Part shown: positions 10,057-19,938 of the stretch, in pieces
Position numbering within the stretch: position 1 is the stretch's first letter
Layout of the letters: each line of letters opens with the position of its first letter
NCBI GenBank assembly: GCA_947478745.1
Contig: CANJXE010000002.1
Location: 1-45,831 of the forward strand
Source: Actinomycetota bacterium
Lineage (GTDB): Bacteria; Actinomycetota; Thermoleophilia; Gaiellales; F1-60-MAGs149
DNA: 45,831 bases
Direction: 5' to 3'
Position numbers and translations under genes: made by a program
Notes under the pieces: model-generated
Databases searched by the model: none
What the model saw: only the letters and a program-made list of their open reading frames with translations
Told to the model about the DNA's origin: nothing

Positions 10057-11648
10057 GCCGCCTCCTCCGCTCCACTGCGCCGCACGAGCGCCAGGATGCG
10101 CCCGGCCTCGGGCACGCGCAGCACGTGCATCACGGCGAGATAGACGACGCCGCCGGCCGCGACCGCCGTGCCGACCTCGATCAGCTGGGCGGGCAGCGTC
10201 TCGCCGAGCGCGGCGTGCAGTCCCTGCCAGATGCCCCAGGCCAGCGCCGCCACGGCCGCCGCAACGATCAGCGAGCGCAGCGTGCTCAGCAGCACCCCGC
10301 GCCCGTCGAGGTCGCCCACGTGCCGCGACAGCAGGATCCACATCAGCGGCACGACGACGACGTTGGCGAGCGAGTTGGCCAGCGGAATGCCCCAGACGCC
10401 GCAGGGGCCGAACAGCGCGAGGCTCAGGCCGGCGGCGAGCACGAGGTTGACGAGCGCGATCGCCGTCGCCGCCCAGACGTGCTGGAGGGCGAAGAAGCAG
10501 CGCGTCAGCAGGAGGATCACGCCGTTGAGCGCGAGGCCGATGCTGAAGGCGATCAGGGCCTCGGCCACGCCGGGCGTATCGGCTGCGGTCCACGCCCCGC
10601 GCTGGAAGAGCAGCTGGATGATCGGCTCGGCGAGCACCGCGATCACGGCACTGGCGGGCAAGAGCAGGAAGATGATCAGGCGCGTGCCGTCGGCCAGCGA
10701 CGTGCGGAAGCGCGTGAAGTCGTGCGCGGCGACCGCACGGGCGAGGCTCGGGAACATGATGGTCGAGACGGCGACGCTGAAGATCCCCTGCGGCAGCATG
10801 TAGACGCGGAAGGCGGCGTCGATCGCCCGGGGCGCGTACGTCGGATCGACGTAGGTGGCGATGTAGGTCGAGACGGTCAGGTTGACGTTGGCCAGGCCGA
10901 GGCCCAGCGCGACGGGGATCAGCAGGATCAGGATGCGCCGCACCGCGGGGTCGCGGATATCGACGCGCGGACGCAGGCGACCGCCCTTGCCGCGCAGCGC
11001 CGGCAGCGGGATCACCATCTGGACGGCGGTGCCGACGAGCGTGCCGATCGCGAGGATCACGGCGCGCTGGTTGAGGTCGGGCACGGTGAAGGCGTAGATC
11101 AGGAAGCCGATGATCACGATGTTCCAGAAGACCGGGGCGATCGCGGGCAACACGAACTCGTCGAAGGAGTTGAGGATCGCCTGCACGAGTCCGGAGATCC
11201 CGAGCAGGATCAGGATCGGAAACAGAATCCGCGTCATCTGCACCGCGAGGTCCAGCTGCTCACCCGTCAGGTTGGCGAAGCTGAGCAGCGGACGCGCGAA
11301 GAAGATGCCCAACGCGGTGATGCCCATCAGCGCCAGCGTGGCCAGCGTCAGCGCGCTGGAGGCCACGCGCCAGGCTCGCTCGCGCTCGCCCTTGACGAGC
11401 AGCTCGTTGAAGACCGGCACGAACGAGGCCCCGAGCGCGGAGTCCGCGACGAGGGAGCGGACGGTATTGGGGACGTTGTTCGCCACGACGAACGCGCTGG
11501 CGGGGCCGGACACCCCGAGCAGCTGCGCGGAGATGATCTCGCGCACCAGACCGAGCACGCGGGAGACGCCGGTGGCGGCACTGAAGAGCGCGGCGGAGAC
11601 CGAGCGGCTGCGTGCGCCCGGGACGGGAGCGTCCTCGTTCATCGCCAT
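10053..11648 (-). CDS. murJ: Lipid II flippase MurJ (MviN family)
   Basis: 532-aa polytopic protein. N-terminus AATGVSRVLGLVREIISAQLLG and FNELLVKGERERAW resemble MurJ. ATG (MAMNEDAP) at 11648. The upstream part of ORF 10053-12404 is antisense to rpsT. Confidence 0.88.
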   Translation of the reverse strand: MAMNEDAPVPGARSRSVSAALFSAATGVSRVLGLVREIISAQLLGVSGPASAFVVANNVPNTVRSLVADSALGASFVPVFNELLVKGERERAWRVASSALTLATLALMGITALGIFFARPLLSFANLTGEQLDLAVQMTRILFPILILLGISGLVQAILNSFDEFVLPAIAPVFWNIVIIGFLIYAFTVPDLNQRAVILAIGTLVGTAVQMVIPLPALRGKGGRLRPRVDIRDPAVRRILILLIPVALGLGLANVNLTVSTYIATYVDPTYAPRAIDAAFRVYMLPQGIFSVAVSTIMFPSLARAVAAHDFTRFRTSLADGTRLIIFLLLPASAVIAVLAEPIIQLLFQRGAWTAADTPGVAEALIAFSIGLALNGVILLLTRCFFALQHVWAATAIALVNLVLAAGLSLALFGPCGVWGIPLANSLANVVVVPLMWILLSRHVGDLDGRGVLLSTLRSLIVAAAVAALAWGIWQGLHAALGETLPAQLIEVGTAVAAGGVVYLAVMHVLRVPEAGRILALVRRSGAEEAA

Positions 11649-11750
11649 GCATCGATGATGGCAGGCGGTCCGGTTGCGCGGATGCGCTCGCGACCCTGCT
11701 ACCCTCCGCAGCGTTGCGGGGAGATCCCCGCGCGCAGACACACAAGGCTT

Positions 11751-12287
11751 ATGGCGAATATCAAGCAGCAGAAGAAGCGCATCCTCGTCGCCGAGCGTCA
11801 GCGCGTCGAGAACATCCGCTACCGGTCCTCGATCAAGACGGCGTTCCGTCGGCTGATCGACGCCGTGCAGAGCGGCGATGCCGCGGCCGTGGAGGCAGCG
11901 CACCAGCACTACATCTCGCTGGTCGATCGCGCAGCCGCCAAGCACGCCCTGCACGAGAAGACCGCAGCGCGCAAGAAGTCCCGCGCTACGCGCATCATCG
12001 CCCGCGGCCCGCAGGTCGAGGAGACGAAGAAGCGCCGCGTGACGCGCAAGACGCCGGTCAAGGCTGCGCCGAAGAAGAAGGTTGCTGCGGAGACCCCGGT
12101 CGAGGAGGCCCCCGTCGAGGAGGCCGCTGCCGAGGTCGCCACGGAGGAGGCTCCCGCCGTGGAGGCTCCCAAGAAGAAGGCTCCTGCCAAGAAGCCGGCC
12201 GCGAAGAAGAAGGCCGAGCCGAAGGCCGAGGAGGCTCCCGCCGCGGAGCCTGCTGCCGAGGCTGACGCCCCGGCCGACGAGTCCTAG
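11751..12287 (+). CDS. rpsT: 30S ribosomal protein S20 with an Ala/Lys/Pro/Glu-rich C-terminal extension of about 90 aa
   Basis: MANIKQQKKRILVAERQRVENIRYRSSIKTAFRRL...AAKHALHEKTAARKKSRATRII is a canonical S20 core of about 88 aa. It is followed by low complexity such as KKKVAAETPVEEAPVEE...KKKAPAKKPAAKKKAEPKAEE. ATG at 11751 is preceded by AAGG. Confidence 0.85.
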   Translation: MANIKQQKKRILVAERQRVENIRYRSSIKTAFRRLIDAVQSGDAAAVEAAHQHYISLVDRAAAKHALHEKTAARKKSRATRIIARGPQVEETKKRRVTRKTPVKAAPKKKVAAETPVEEAPVEEAAAEVATEEAPAVEAPKKKAPAKKPAAKKKAEPKAEEAPAAEPAAEADAPADES

Positions 12288-12684
12288 GCTCCCTCTTCCG
12301 GACCCAGAATCGCAATCGCCACGGCCGCACTGGTCGTGCGCGAGTGCGTGATCGAGACGTCGATGGCGACGACGCCCTTGCGCGCCGCCACCTCGCGCGT
12401 CCAACCGTGCAGCGTCACCGCGGGCTTGCCGCGCCCCGCGACCTCGATCTCCAGCCAGGTGAAGTGGACGCCGGTCCCCAGCGCCTTGCCGATCGCCTCC
12501 TTGGCGGCGAAGCGGCCCGCGTAGCTCTCGCTGGGCCGCGGCTTGCGGTCGAGCTCCGCGATCTCGCGCTCCGTGAAGCAGCGCGCCCGAAAGCGCTCCG
12601 GGTGGCGTGCCAGTGCGCGTTCGATGCGCTCGATCTCGATCAGGTCGAGGCCGACGAGCAGCCGCGGTGCGGCGAGCCCGTCGC

Positions 12685-12688
<4 letters not shown>
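12284..12688 (-). CDS. acpS: Holo-[acyl-carrier-protein] synthase (4'-phosphopantetheinyl transferase)
   Basis: VGLDLIEIERIERAL...FTEREI...YAGRFAAKEAIGKALGTG...ISITHS matches AcpS. The GTG at 12688 overlaps the glmS stop (GTGA). The rest of ORF 12284-13573 lies inside glmS in another frame. Confidence 0.85.
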
Positions 12689-14523
<1,835 letters not shown>

Positions 14524-14567
14524 ATGCAGGCCATCCTACCGCTCCGGGCGGGGAGCCCCGCCGGGCG

Positions 14568-15908
14568 TCACTCGACGACGGGCAGTTCCCGCTCGACGAT
14601 GGCGACGAGCGCCTCGGCGATCGCCAGGCACTCGCCGGCGTCACGCGCCTCGACCATGACCCGGACGAGCGGCTCGGTACCGGAGGAGCGCACGACGATG
14701 CGCCCGTTCTCGCCGAGCTGGGCCTCGGCCACCGCGATCGCCTCCCAGAGCGGTGCGCACTCCGGCAGGCCCTCGCGGCGCGCACGCACGCTGATCAGGT
14801 TCTGGGGGAACTTCTCGACGGCGCTGGCGGCCTCGGCGAGCGTCTGACCCGAGCGCGCCAGCGCGGCCAGCACCAGCGTCGCAGTCAACGGGCCGTCGCC
14901 GGTCGTCTGGTGGTCGAGCGCGATCACGTGCCCGGATTGCTCGCCGCCGAGTGCCGTGGCGTCGCGACGCATGGCCTCCAGCACGTAGCGGTCGCCCACG
15001 TCGGTGAGCTCCAGCGTGCAGCCCAGCGCGCGCAGCGCGTGGTGCGCGCCGAGGTTCGCCATGCTGGTCAGCACCACGCGGTTGCCCGGCAGCGCGTTGC
15101 GGGCGATCGCGTCGGCTGCGAGGATCGTGAGGATGTGGTCGCCGTCGACGTGGCTGCCATCGGCGGTCACGAACAGCACGCGGTCGGCATCGCCGTCGAA
15201 GGCGACACCCAGCGTGGCACCGTGTGCACGGACGGCCGCAGCCACGGCAGCGAGGTGCGTGGATCCGCAGTCGACGTTGATGTTGCAGCCGTCGGGGGCG
15301 CAGGCGATCAGCGTGGCCGAGGCCCCCAGGCGCTCGAAGAGCCGTGGGGCGACGGTGACGGCGGCGCCATGGGCGCAGTCCACCACGATCCGCATGCCGT
15401 CGAGCGGCGTGCCGGCGACGTCGGCCACCCAATCGGCGTAGGCGTCGGCGGCGCCATCGACCGAGCTCGTGGTGCCGACGTCGGCACCGGTGGGGAGCGT
15501 GGTGTCGAGGTCGAGCAGCGCCTCGATCGCCTCCTCCTCCGCGTCGAGCAGCTTGTAGCCGTCCGCGCCGAAGAGCTTGATGCCGTTGTCCGGGTACGGA
15601 TTGTGGCTGGCGCTGATGACGATGCCGGCGGCGGCTTTGCGCTGCACGACGCTCCAGGCCACGGCGGGCGTCGGCAAGACGCCAAGGCGGACGGCATGCC
15701 CGCCGGCCGAGGCGATTCCCGCCGCGAGGGCGTCCTCGAGCATGGTCCCGGACCGGCGCGTGTCACGGCCGATCAGGACCACGGGGTTGGGCTGCGCGTC
15801 CTGCAGGCGCTGGACGGCGGCCCGCCCCACGCGTAACGCCAGCTCGGGCGTCAGACGCGCATTGGCGACGCCGCGGATGCCATCGGTGCCGAACCAGGCA
15901 CGAGCCAC
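14568..15908 (-). CDS. glmM: Phosphoglucosamine mutase
   Basis: FGTDGIRG near the N-terminus and the phosphoserine loop ISASHNPYPDNGIKLF. GTG at 15908 is preceded by AGGGAG with a 6-nt spacer. The 29 codons further upstream in the ORF track overlap the rpsI stop region. Confidence 0.93.
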   Translation of the reverse strand: MARAWFGTDGIRGVANARLTPELALRVGRAAVQRLQDAQPNPVVLIGRDTRRSGTMLEDALAAGIASAGGHAVRLGVLPTPAVAWSVVQRKAAAGIVISASHNPYPDNGIKLFGADGYKLLDAEEEAIEALLDLDTTLPTGADVGTTSSVDGAADAYADWVADVAGTPLDGMRIVVDCAHGAAVTVAPRLFERLGASATLIACAPDGCNINVDCGSTHLAAVAAAVRAHGATLGVAFDGDADRVLFVTADGSHVDGDHILTILAADAIARNALPGNRVVLTSMANLGAHHALRALGCTLELTDVGDRYVLEAMRRDATALGGEQSGHVIALDHQTTGDGPLTATLVLAALARSGQTLAEAASAVEKFPQNLISVRARREGLPECAPLWEAIAVAEAQLGENGRIVVRSSGTEPLVRVMVEARDAGECLAIAEALVAIVERELPVVE

Positions 15909-15918
15909 GGGCTGCTCC

Positions 15919-16314
15919 CTAGCGCTTGGAGAACTGCGGGCGCTTGCGGGCCTTCTTGAGGCCTGCCTTCTTGCGCTCGACAGCACGGGCGTCACGGGCT
16001 AGGAAGCCCGCACGCTTGAGATCGCCACGGAGGTTCGGATCGGCCTCGACGAGCGCACGGGCAATACCGTGGCGCGAGGCGCCGGCCTGGCCGCTGATGC
16101 CGCCGCCGTGCAGGCGGAGCGTGACGTCGAAGCTATCGGCGAGGCCGACCTCGACGAGCGGGCTGAGGGCCATGGCGCGCAGCGGGGCACGATCGAAGTA
16201 CTGCTCAGCCGGACGACCGTTGCAGGTAACCGTGCCGGTGCCGGGGGTGAGCGTGACGCGCGCGACCGAGGTCTTGCGCTTGCCGGTCGCGCGATACATG
16301 GCCTTGTCGCTCAT
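15919..16314 (-). CDS. rpsI: 30S ribosomal protein S9
   Basis: [10 protein letters not shown]...[17 protein letters not shown]...[23 protein letters not shown] is the canonical S9 sequence and C-terminus. 131 aa. Confidence 0.95.
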   Translation of the reverse strand: MSDKAMYRATGKRKTSVARVTLTPGTGTVTCNGRPAEQYFDRAPLRAMALSPLVEVGLADSFDVTLRLHGGGISGQAGASRHGIARALVEADPNLRGDLKRAGFLARDARAVERKKAGLKKARKRPQFSKR

Positions 16315-16331
16315 CGGATACCCTCTTCGCC

Positions 16332-16763
16332 TTACGGCAGCGGAAGCGGCTGCTGAGCCGCGTGCGGATGGTCGGAGCCGGCGTAGATCTTCAGCATGGT
16401 CAGCTGAGCCGCGCCGAGCTTGTTCTTCGGAAGCATGCCCTTGACGGCATGACGGATCACTTCGGTCGGATTCCGGTCGAGCTGCTCCTGGAGCGTGCGC
16501 TCACGGAGGCCGCCCGGATAGCCGGAGTGACGGTAGTACTTCTTCTGCTCCAGCTTGTTGCCGGTCACGCGGACGCGCTCGCAGTTGATCACGATCACGT
16601 AGTCGCCGGTGTTGACGTGCGGCGTGAAGTTCGTCTTGCCCTTCCCGCGCAGCGCGTCGGCGATGCGAGTCGAGAGGCGACCGAGCACTTCGCCGTCGGC
16701 ATCGATGATGAGCCAGCCGTGCTCGACGTCGGCGGGCTTTGCGGAGAGAGTTTTCTGAGGCAT
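16332..16763 (-). CDS. rplM: 50S ribosomal protein L13
   Basis: [30 protein letters not shown]...[11 protein letters not shown]...[12 protein letters not shown] is canonical L13. It sits immediately upstream of rpsI, as in most bacteria. Confidence 0.95.
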   Translation of the reverse strand: MPQKTLSAKPADVEHGWLIIDADGEVLGRLSTRIADALRGKGKTNFTPHVNTGDYVIVINCERVRVTGNKLEQKKYYRHSGYPGGLRERTLQEQLDRNPTEVIRHAVKGMLPKNKLGAAQLTMLKIYAGSDHPHAAQQPLPLP

Positions 16764-16797
16764 AGTCGTTGGGCGGGTAGGTCACCGCACGGCGCGG

Positions 16798-16806
16798 ACC
16801 GTAGCA
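16798..16806 (-). promoter_or_regulatory. Candidate extended -10 element (TGcTACGGT) for rplM-rpsI
   Basis: The minus-strand sequence TGCTACGGT fits TGnTAnnnT, 35 nt upstream of the rplM ATG. No convincing -35 element and no obvious SD precede the ATG. Based on pattern match only. Confidence 0.3.
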
Positions 16807-17153
16807 TGAGGTCCATGCCTGACGATGCACCTCCCCTCCGCAGCTCCGCCGATCGGCTCACTGAATGGGTCTCCGCCTGTGATGACGATATCAATGCGAC
16901 GCACGACGCGCTCAACCGCGCCGTGCCGCGCCTGTGGTGGCCGCTGACGGTTCCGCCTGTCCAACGACGTCTGGGCGCACGCGAGCACGCCCTCTACGCC
17001 GTGCATGCGGGCCTTGGCCTCGGCGCGGCTGCACGGCTGACCCCGCGGCGCACGCGTTCGCTCGTGCTGGTGATCGGCGCAGCCGTCGCCGTGGGGTCCT
17101 GGGCGGCCTTCACCGGCGCCTGGGACCGGCGGGCGGATCAGGAGGACAGCTGA
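16806..17153 (+). CDS. Hypothetical small protein with one C-terminal TM helix (doubtful)
   Basis: ATG at 16806. The 3' half has good GC3 and a hydrophobic segment (SLVLVIGAAVAVGSWAAFTGAW). The 5' third has atypical A/T-ending codons and overlaps the likely rplM promoter. The 3' end overlaps the convergent exonuclease gene by 16 nt. Confidence 0.3.
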   Translation: MRSMPDDAPPLRSSADRLTEWVSACDDDINATHDALNRAVPRLWWPLTVPPVQRRLGAREHALYAVHAGLGLGAAARLTPRRTRSLVLVIGAAVAVGSWAAFTGAWDRRADQEDS

Positions 17154-18430
17154 GAGCGGCGCGCGACGTAGGCGCCCGCAACGAGCTGCCGTGAGGCTGC
17201 GCTGAGCACCATCCGGCGCATGATCGCGCCGGCCGACTCGAGATCGGCGTTCGTGGCGGCGCTGCCGATCATGGCCAGCGCCTCCTCGCGCTCGTCGCCA
17301 TGGCGATCGGCGGCGTAGTGCGTCGAGATCGCGGCGCGGCGTCCGCCGGCCTGCGACGCCAGACGCGCCTGCTCGGCGCAGCCCAGCTCCTCGCCGAGCT
17401 CCTCCAGCAGGTTGGCGAGCGGCAGCAGGATCGCGGCGTCCTCGCCGGCGTATTTCAGCTGGCCCTCTGAGAGCTCCTCCTGGGCCCAATCCGAGACCTG
17501 GAACGACTTGTCCAGCTCGGCGTGCAGGAAGCGGTCGGCGAGCGTGACGAGCTTGGCGTCCTCCACCCCGTGCTCGAAGCCGGCGGCCTTGAGATGCCCC
17601 GCGATCACGGTCCACCATGCGCAGGTGTCGAGGAGGTCCGTCAGCTCGATGTCCCAGCGGTACTTGACCCAGCTCTGCTCGAACTTCGCGTTGTGGGCGA
17701 GCACGCGTCGACCGTCGCCGAGCAGGCGCAGCAGCGGGCCGGGGTCCACGTCCCAGCAGTCCAGCACGACGGAGATCGCACCGCCGTCCGGGCCGGGTGC
17801 AGCGATCTGCACGAGCCGGACCGTGCCGTTCCACGGGTCGAAGGCGTCGCGCTCCTCGCGGCGCTCGGGTGGCAGGCGCGTGCAGGCCGTCTCGATGTCG
17901 AAGCCGAGCACGGGCTGGTCCTGCAGCAGCTCGACGGCCTGCAGCACCTCCTGCGGCGTGCGGATCACGTGGATCGTGGTGACCGGGGGCTCTGGCGGGC
18001 GCGGCGGCAGGATGTCCTCGCGCACCATCGGCGGATTCGGCCCCGCAGCCGGTGGCACGGCAACCGCGGGGACCACCTCGAGGATCTTGCGGACTTCGAG
18101 CTCGCCGAAGGGCGAGGTCTCCAGACGGCAGCGCACGGCGACCTCTGCCAGGCGCGCCTCGAGGTGGTCCGCGTCGGTCTCGGCGAGCGCGCCGAGGGTG
18201 CGCGCGCGGTCGGCTGCGCTGCGCGGCGGCCAGATCAGGAGCCCGGCGTGATGCCCGGCGAGCGGCCCCTCGCAGACGCGGAAGGTGACGACGTCGAGGG
18301 TGGCGCCGGACTGCGTCTCGGCGTGGCGGATGAAGCCGCCGTCGGCCTGTGGCACGGCGCGGCAGACCGCGTCCTCGCGCTCCACGGCCGCCTCGCGGTC
18401 GAACCAGCGGGGATCGGAGAAGGCGCTCAC
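17138..18430 (-). CDS. DEDDy-type 3'-5' exonuclease domain protein (RNase D / DNA polymerase I proofreading fold) with unassigned N- and C-terminal regions
   Basis: The central region contains LGFDIETA (ExoI), LAHNAKFEQSW (ExoII) and LKYAGEDAAILLPL (ExoIII, YxxxD). I chose GTG at 18430 because longer starts run into the divergent HIT gene. No HRDC domain is recognisable. Confidence 0.7.
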   Translation of the reverse strand: MSAFSDPRWFDREAAVEREDAVCRAVPQADGGFIRHAETQSGATLDVVTFRVCEGPLAGHHAGLLIWPPRSAADRARTLGALAETDADHLEARLAEVAVRCRLETSPFGELEVRKILEVVPAVAVPPAAGPNPPMVREDILPPRPPEPPVTTIHVIRTPQEVLQAVELLQDQPVLGFDIETACTRLPPERREERDAFDPWNGTVRLVQIAAPGPDGGAISVVLDCWDVDPGPLLRLLGDGRRVLAHNAKFEQSWVKYRWDIELTDLLDTCAWWTVIAGHLKAAGFEHGVEDAKLVTLADRFLHAELDKSFQVSDWAQEELSEGQLKYAGEDAAILLPLANLLEELGEELGCAEQARLASQAGGRRAAISTHYAADRHGDEREEALAMIGSAATNADLESAGAIMRRMVLSAASRQLVAGAYVARRSQLSS

Positions 18431-18521
18431 GCCACGAAGGTAACCAGCACGGGCGGACGGCCTCCCTCCGACGGGTGCCGTCGTCCGTGCCGCCGGGGGT
18501 GATCGGCCGTACGCTTCTGGC

Positions 18522-18932
18522 ATGTCCGAGTGCCTGTTCTGCCAGATCCTCGCCGGCGACGTCCCGTCGATCCGCATTGCCGAGACGGAGCGGGCGGTGG
18601 CCTTCATGGACATCTACCCGGCCGCCCCCGGGCACGCGCTGGTCGTGCCGCGCCTGCACGTCGAGGACGCCCTCGCGGCCGCGGACGAGGACCTGGCGGC
18701 CTGCATGGCGCTCGCGGCCCGCGTTGGACGCGCAGCCGAGTCGCAGCTGGGCGCCACGGGCATCACCTACCTGTCACTGGCCCGACCCGACGCCGGACAG
18801 ACGGTGTTCCACCTGCACGTCCACGTGATCCCACGCGTGGCGGGTGACGAGTTCGTCTTTCCGTGGGCGCCGGCTGCCGGCGATCCGGCCGAGATCGAGG
18901 GCCACGCGGCCCGCCTGCGCGCAGCGCTCTAG
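18522..18932 (+). CDS. HIT (histidine triad) family nucleotide hydrolase/transferase
   Basis: CLFCQIL near the N-terminus and the histidine triad HLHVHVIP. 136 aa, ATG at 18522. Confidence 0.9.
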   Translation: MSECLFCQILAGDVPSIRIAETERAVAFMDIYPAAPGHALVVPRLHVEDALAAADEDLAACMALAARVGRAAESQLGATGITYLSLARPDAGQTVFHLHVHVIPRVAGDEFVFPWAPAAGDPAEIEGHAARLRAAL

Positions 18933-19891
18933 TTCGAGCCCGCCTTGGCGTAGTCGCTCAGCTTGTAGTCGCCAGGCCGTGCGATCGACGGCGGCCCCAG
19001 ACGCAGCAGCTCGGGCACGGTGACGGAGCGCAGCCCGCGGGCCTTGAGTCCATCCAGGATCATCGGCAGCGCGTTGACGGTCATCTGGCGGTTCATCGAC
19101 CCGTCGTGCAGCAGGATGATCGCGCCGGGCTTGAGCGCAGCCGCATTGAGCACGTTGGCGGCGATCGTGGCCGGATCCTGCAGCGCCCAGTCGTTGCTGT
19201 CGATCGTCCAGAGCACGGGCAGCATCCCCTGCCCGCGCGAGTACTCGTTGGTCTTGCCGGTGAAGTCGCCAAACGGCGGGCGCATCAGCGTGGGCACGTG
19301 CCCGGTCTCGTCGATGATCGCGCGCTTGGTGTCCACGATCTCCGTCTTGAGCCCCGCCGCGTCGAGGCTCGGGAGGCTGGCGTGCGACCACGAGTGATCC
19401 GCCACGACGTTGCCGGCTGCCACGGCGGCCTGCAGCACGCCGGGGTTGTCGGCGACGTTCTGGCCGATCACGAAGAACGTGGCGTGCATCTTGTAGCGCT
19501 TCAGCAGCGCGAGCACGTCCCAGGTGTCCTTGCCCGGCCCGTCGTCGAAGGTCAGCGCCACGACGTTGCCGGCGGTCGAGGAGCCCGCGTTGACGCCGTC
19601 GGAGGTCGGCACCTGGCTGGCGTACTGGCCGATCCCCCACGCCCGCTGCTCGACGGCGTCGGCCGCCTTGGCGCCGGCGGCAGCACCGGCTGCGGCCTTC
19701 TTGGCCGCGAGCTCGATCGCACTCTCCGTCGAGGTGGGCGCGGCGGCCGAGCCCGAGTCGCTCGGGCGCAAGACGTAGGCGAAGACGCCGAAGACGAGCA
19801 GGCCGATGACGACGACGATCAGGCCGCGGCGCCGGCGGCGCACGGCTGCTGCGCGCTGGCTGGCACGCGGCGGTGTCCTCTTCGCTGCCAC
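18929..19891 (-). CDS. Polysaccharide deacetylase (NodB homology domain), membrane-anchored or secreted
   Basis: The basic N-terminus plus TM segment (RRRRRGLIVVVIGLLVFGVFAYV), then LTFDDGP, HSWSH and LLHD motifs, are typical of CE4 deacetylases. Confidence 0.85.
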   Translation of the reverse strand: MAAKRTPPRASQRAAAVRRRRRGLIVVVIGLLVFGVFAYVLRPSDSGSAAAPTSTESAIELAAKKAAAGAAAGAKAADAVEQRAWGIGQYASQVPTSDGVNAGSSTAGNVVALTFDDGPGKDTWDVLALLKRYKMHATFFVIGQNVADNPGVLQAAVAAGNVVADHSWSHASLPSLDAAGLKTEIVDTKRAIIDETGHVPTLMRPPFGDFTGKTNEYSRGQGMLPVLWTIDSNDWALQDPATIAANVLNAAALKPGAIILLHDGSMNRQMTVNALPMILDGLKARGLRSVTVPELLRLGPPSIARPGDYKLSDYAKAGSN

Positions 19892-19938
19892 GGTCGCAGG
19901 ATACCGCTAGCGCAGGCGATTGCCTGCGATCCGGCTCG

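Noticed and set aside
9136-10593. Long N-terminal extensions in the ORF track for several genes: yihY 9136-10593, murJ 10053-12404, acpS 12284-13573, pyrE 25307-26215, rdgB 27322-28446, aspS 28589-30487, crtI-like 41306-42901 and corA 4676-6253.
   Set aside because: The extensions overlap the well-supported upstream gene in another frame and are Arg/Pro-rich. In each case an internal ATG or GTG sits exactly at the upstream stop codon (ATGA/GTGA) or behind a good SD, and gives a protein with the family-typical N-terminus.
11674-11705. rpsT promoter TTGCGC ... TACCCT.
   Set aside because: The -10-like TACCCT (11700-11705) fits TAnnnT, but the spacer to TTGCGC is 20 nt, outside the usual 16-19 nt range. 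This is too weak to list as a feature.
12100-12270. Repeated GAGGAGGC(T/C)CCCGCC stretches within the 3' part of rpsT as a tandem DNA repeat or VNTR.
   Set aside because: The copies are imperfect and irregularly spaced. They are explained by the biased Ala/Pro/Glu/Lys composition of the encoded tail rather than by a discrete repeat unit.
14524-14567. glmS ribozyme upstream of glmS.
   Set aside because: The glmM-glmS intergenic gap is only 44 nt, far too short for the ribozyme of about 170 nt. This element is in any case typical of Firmicutes rather than this type of genome.
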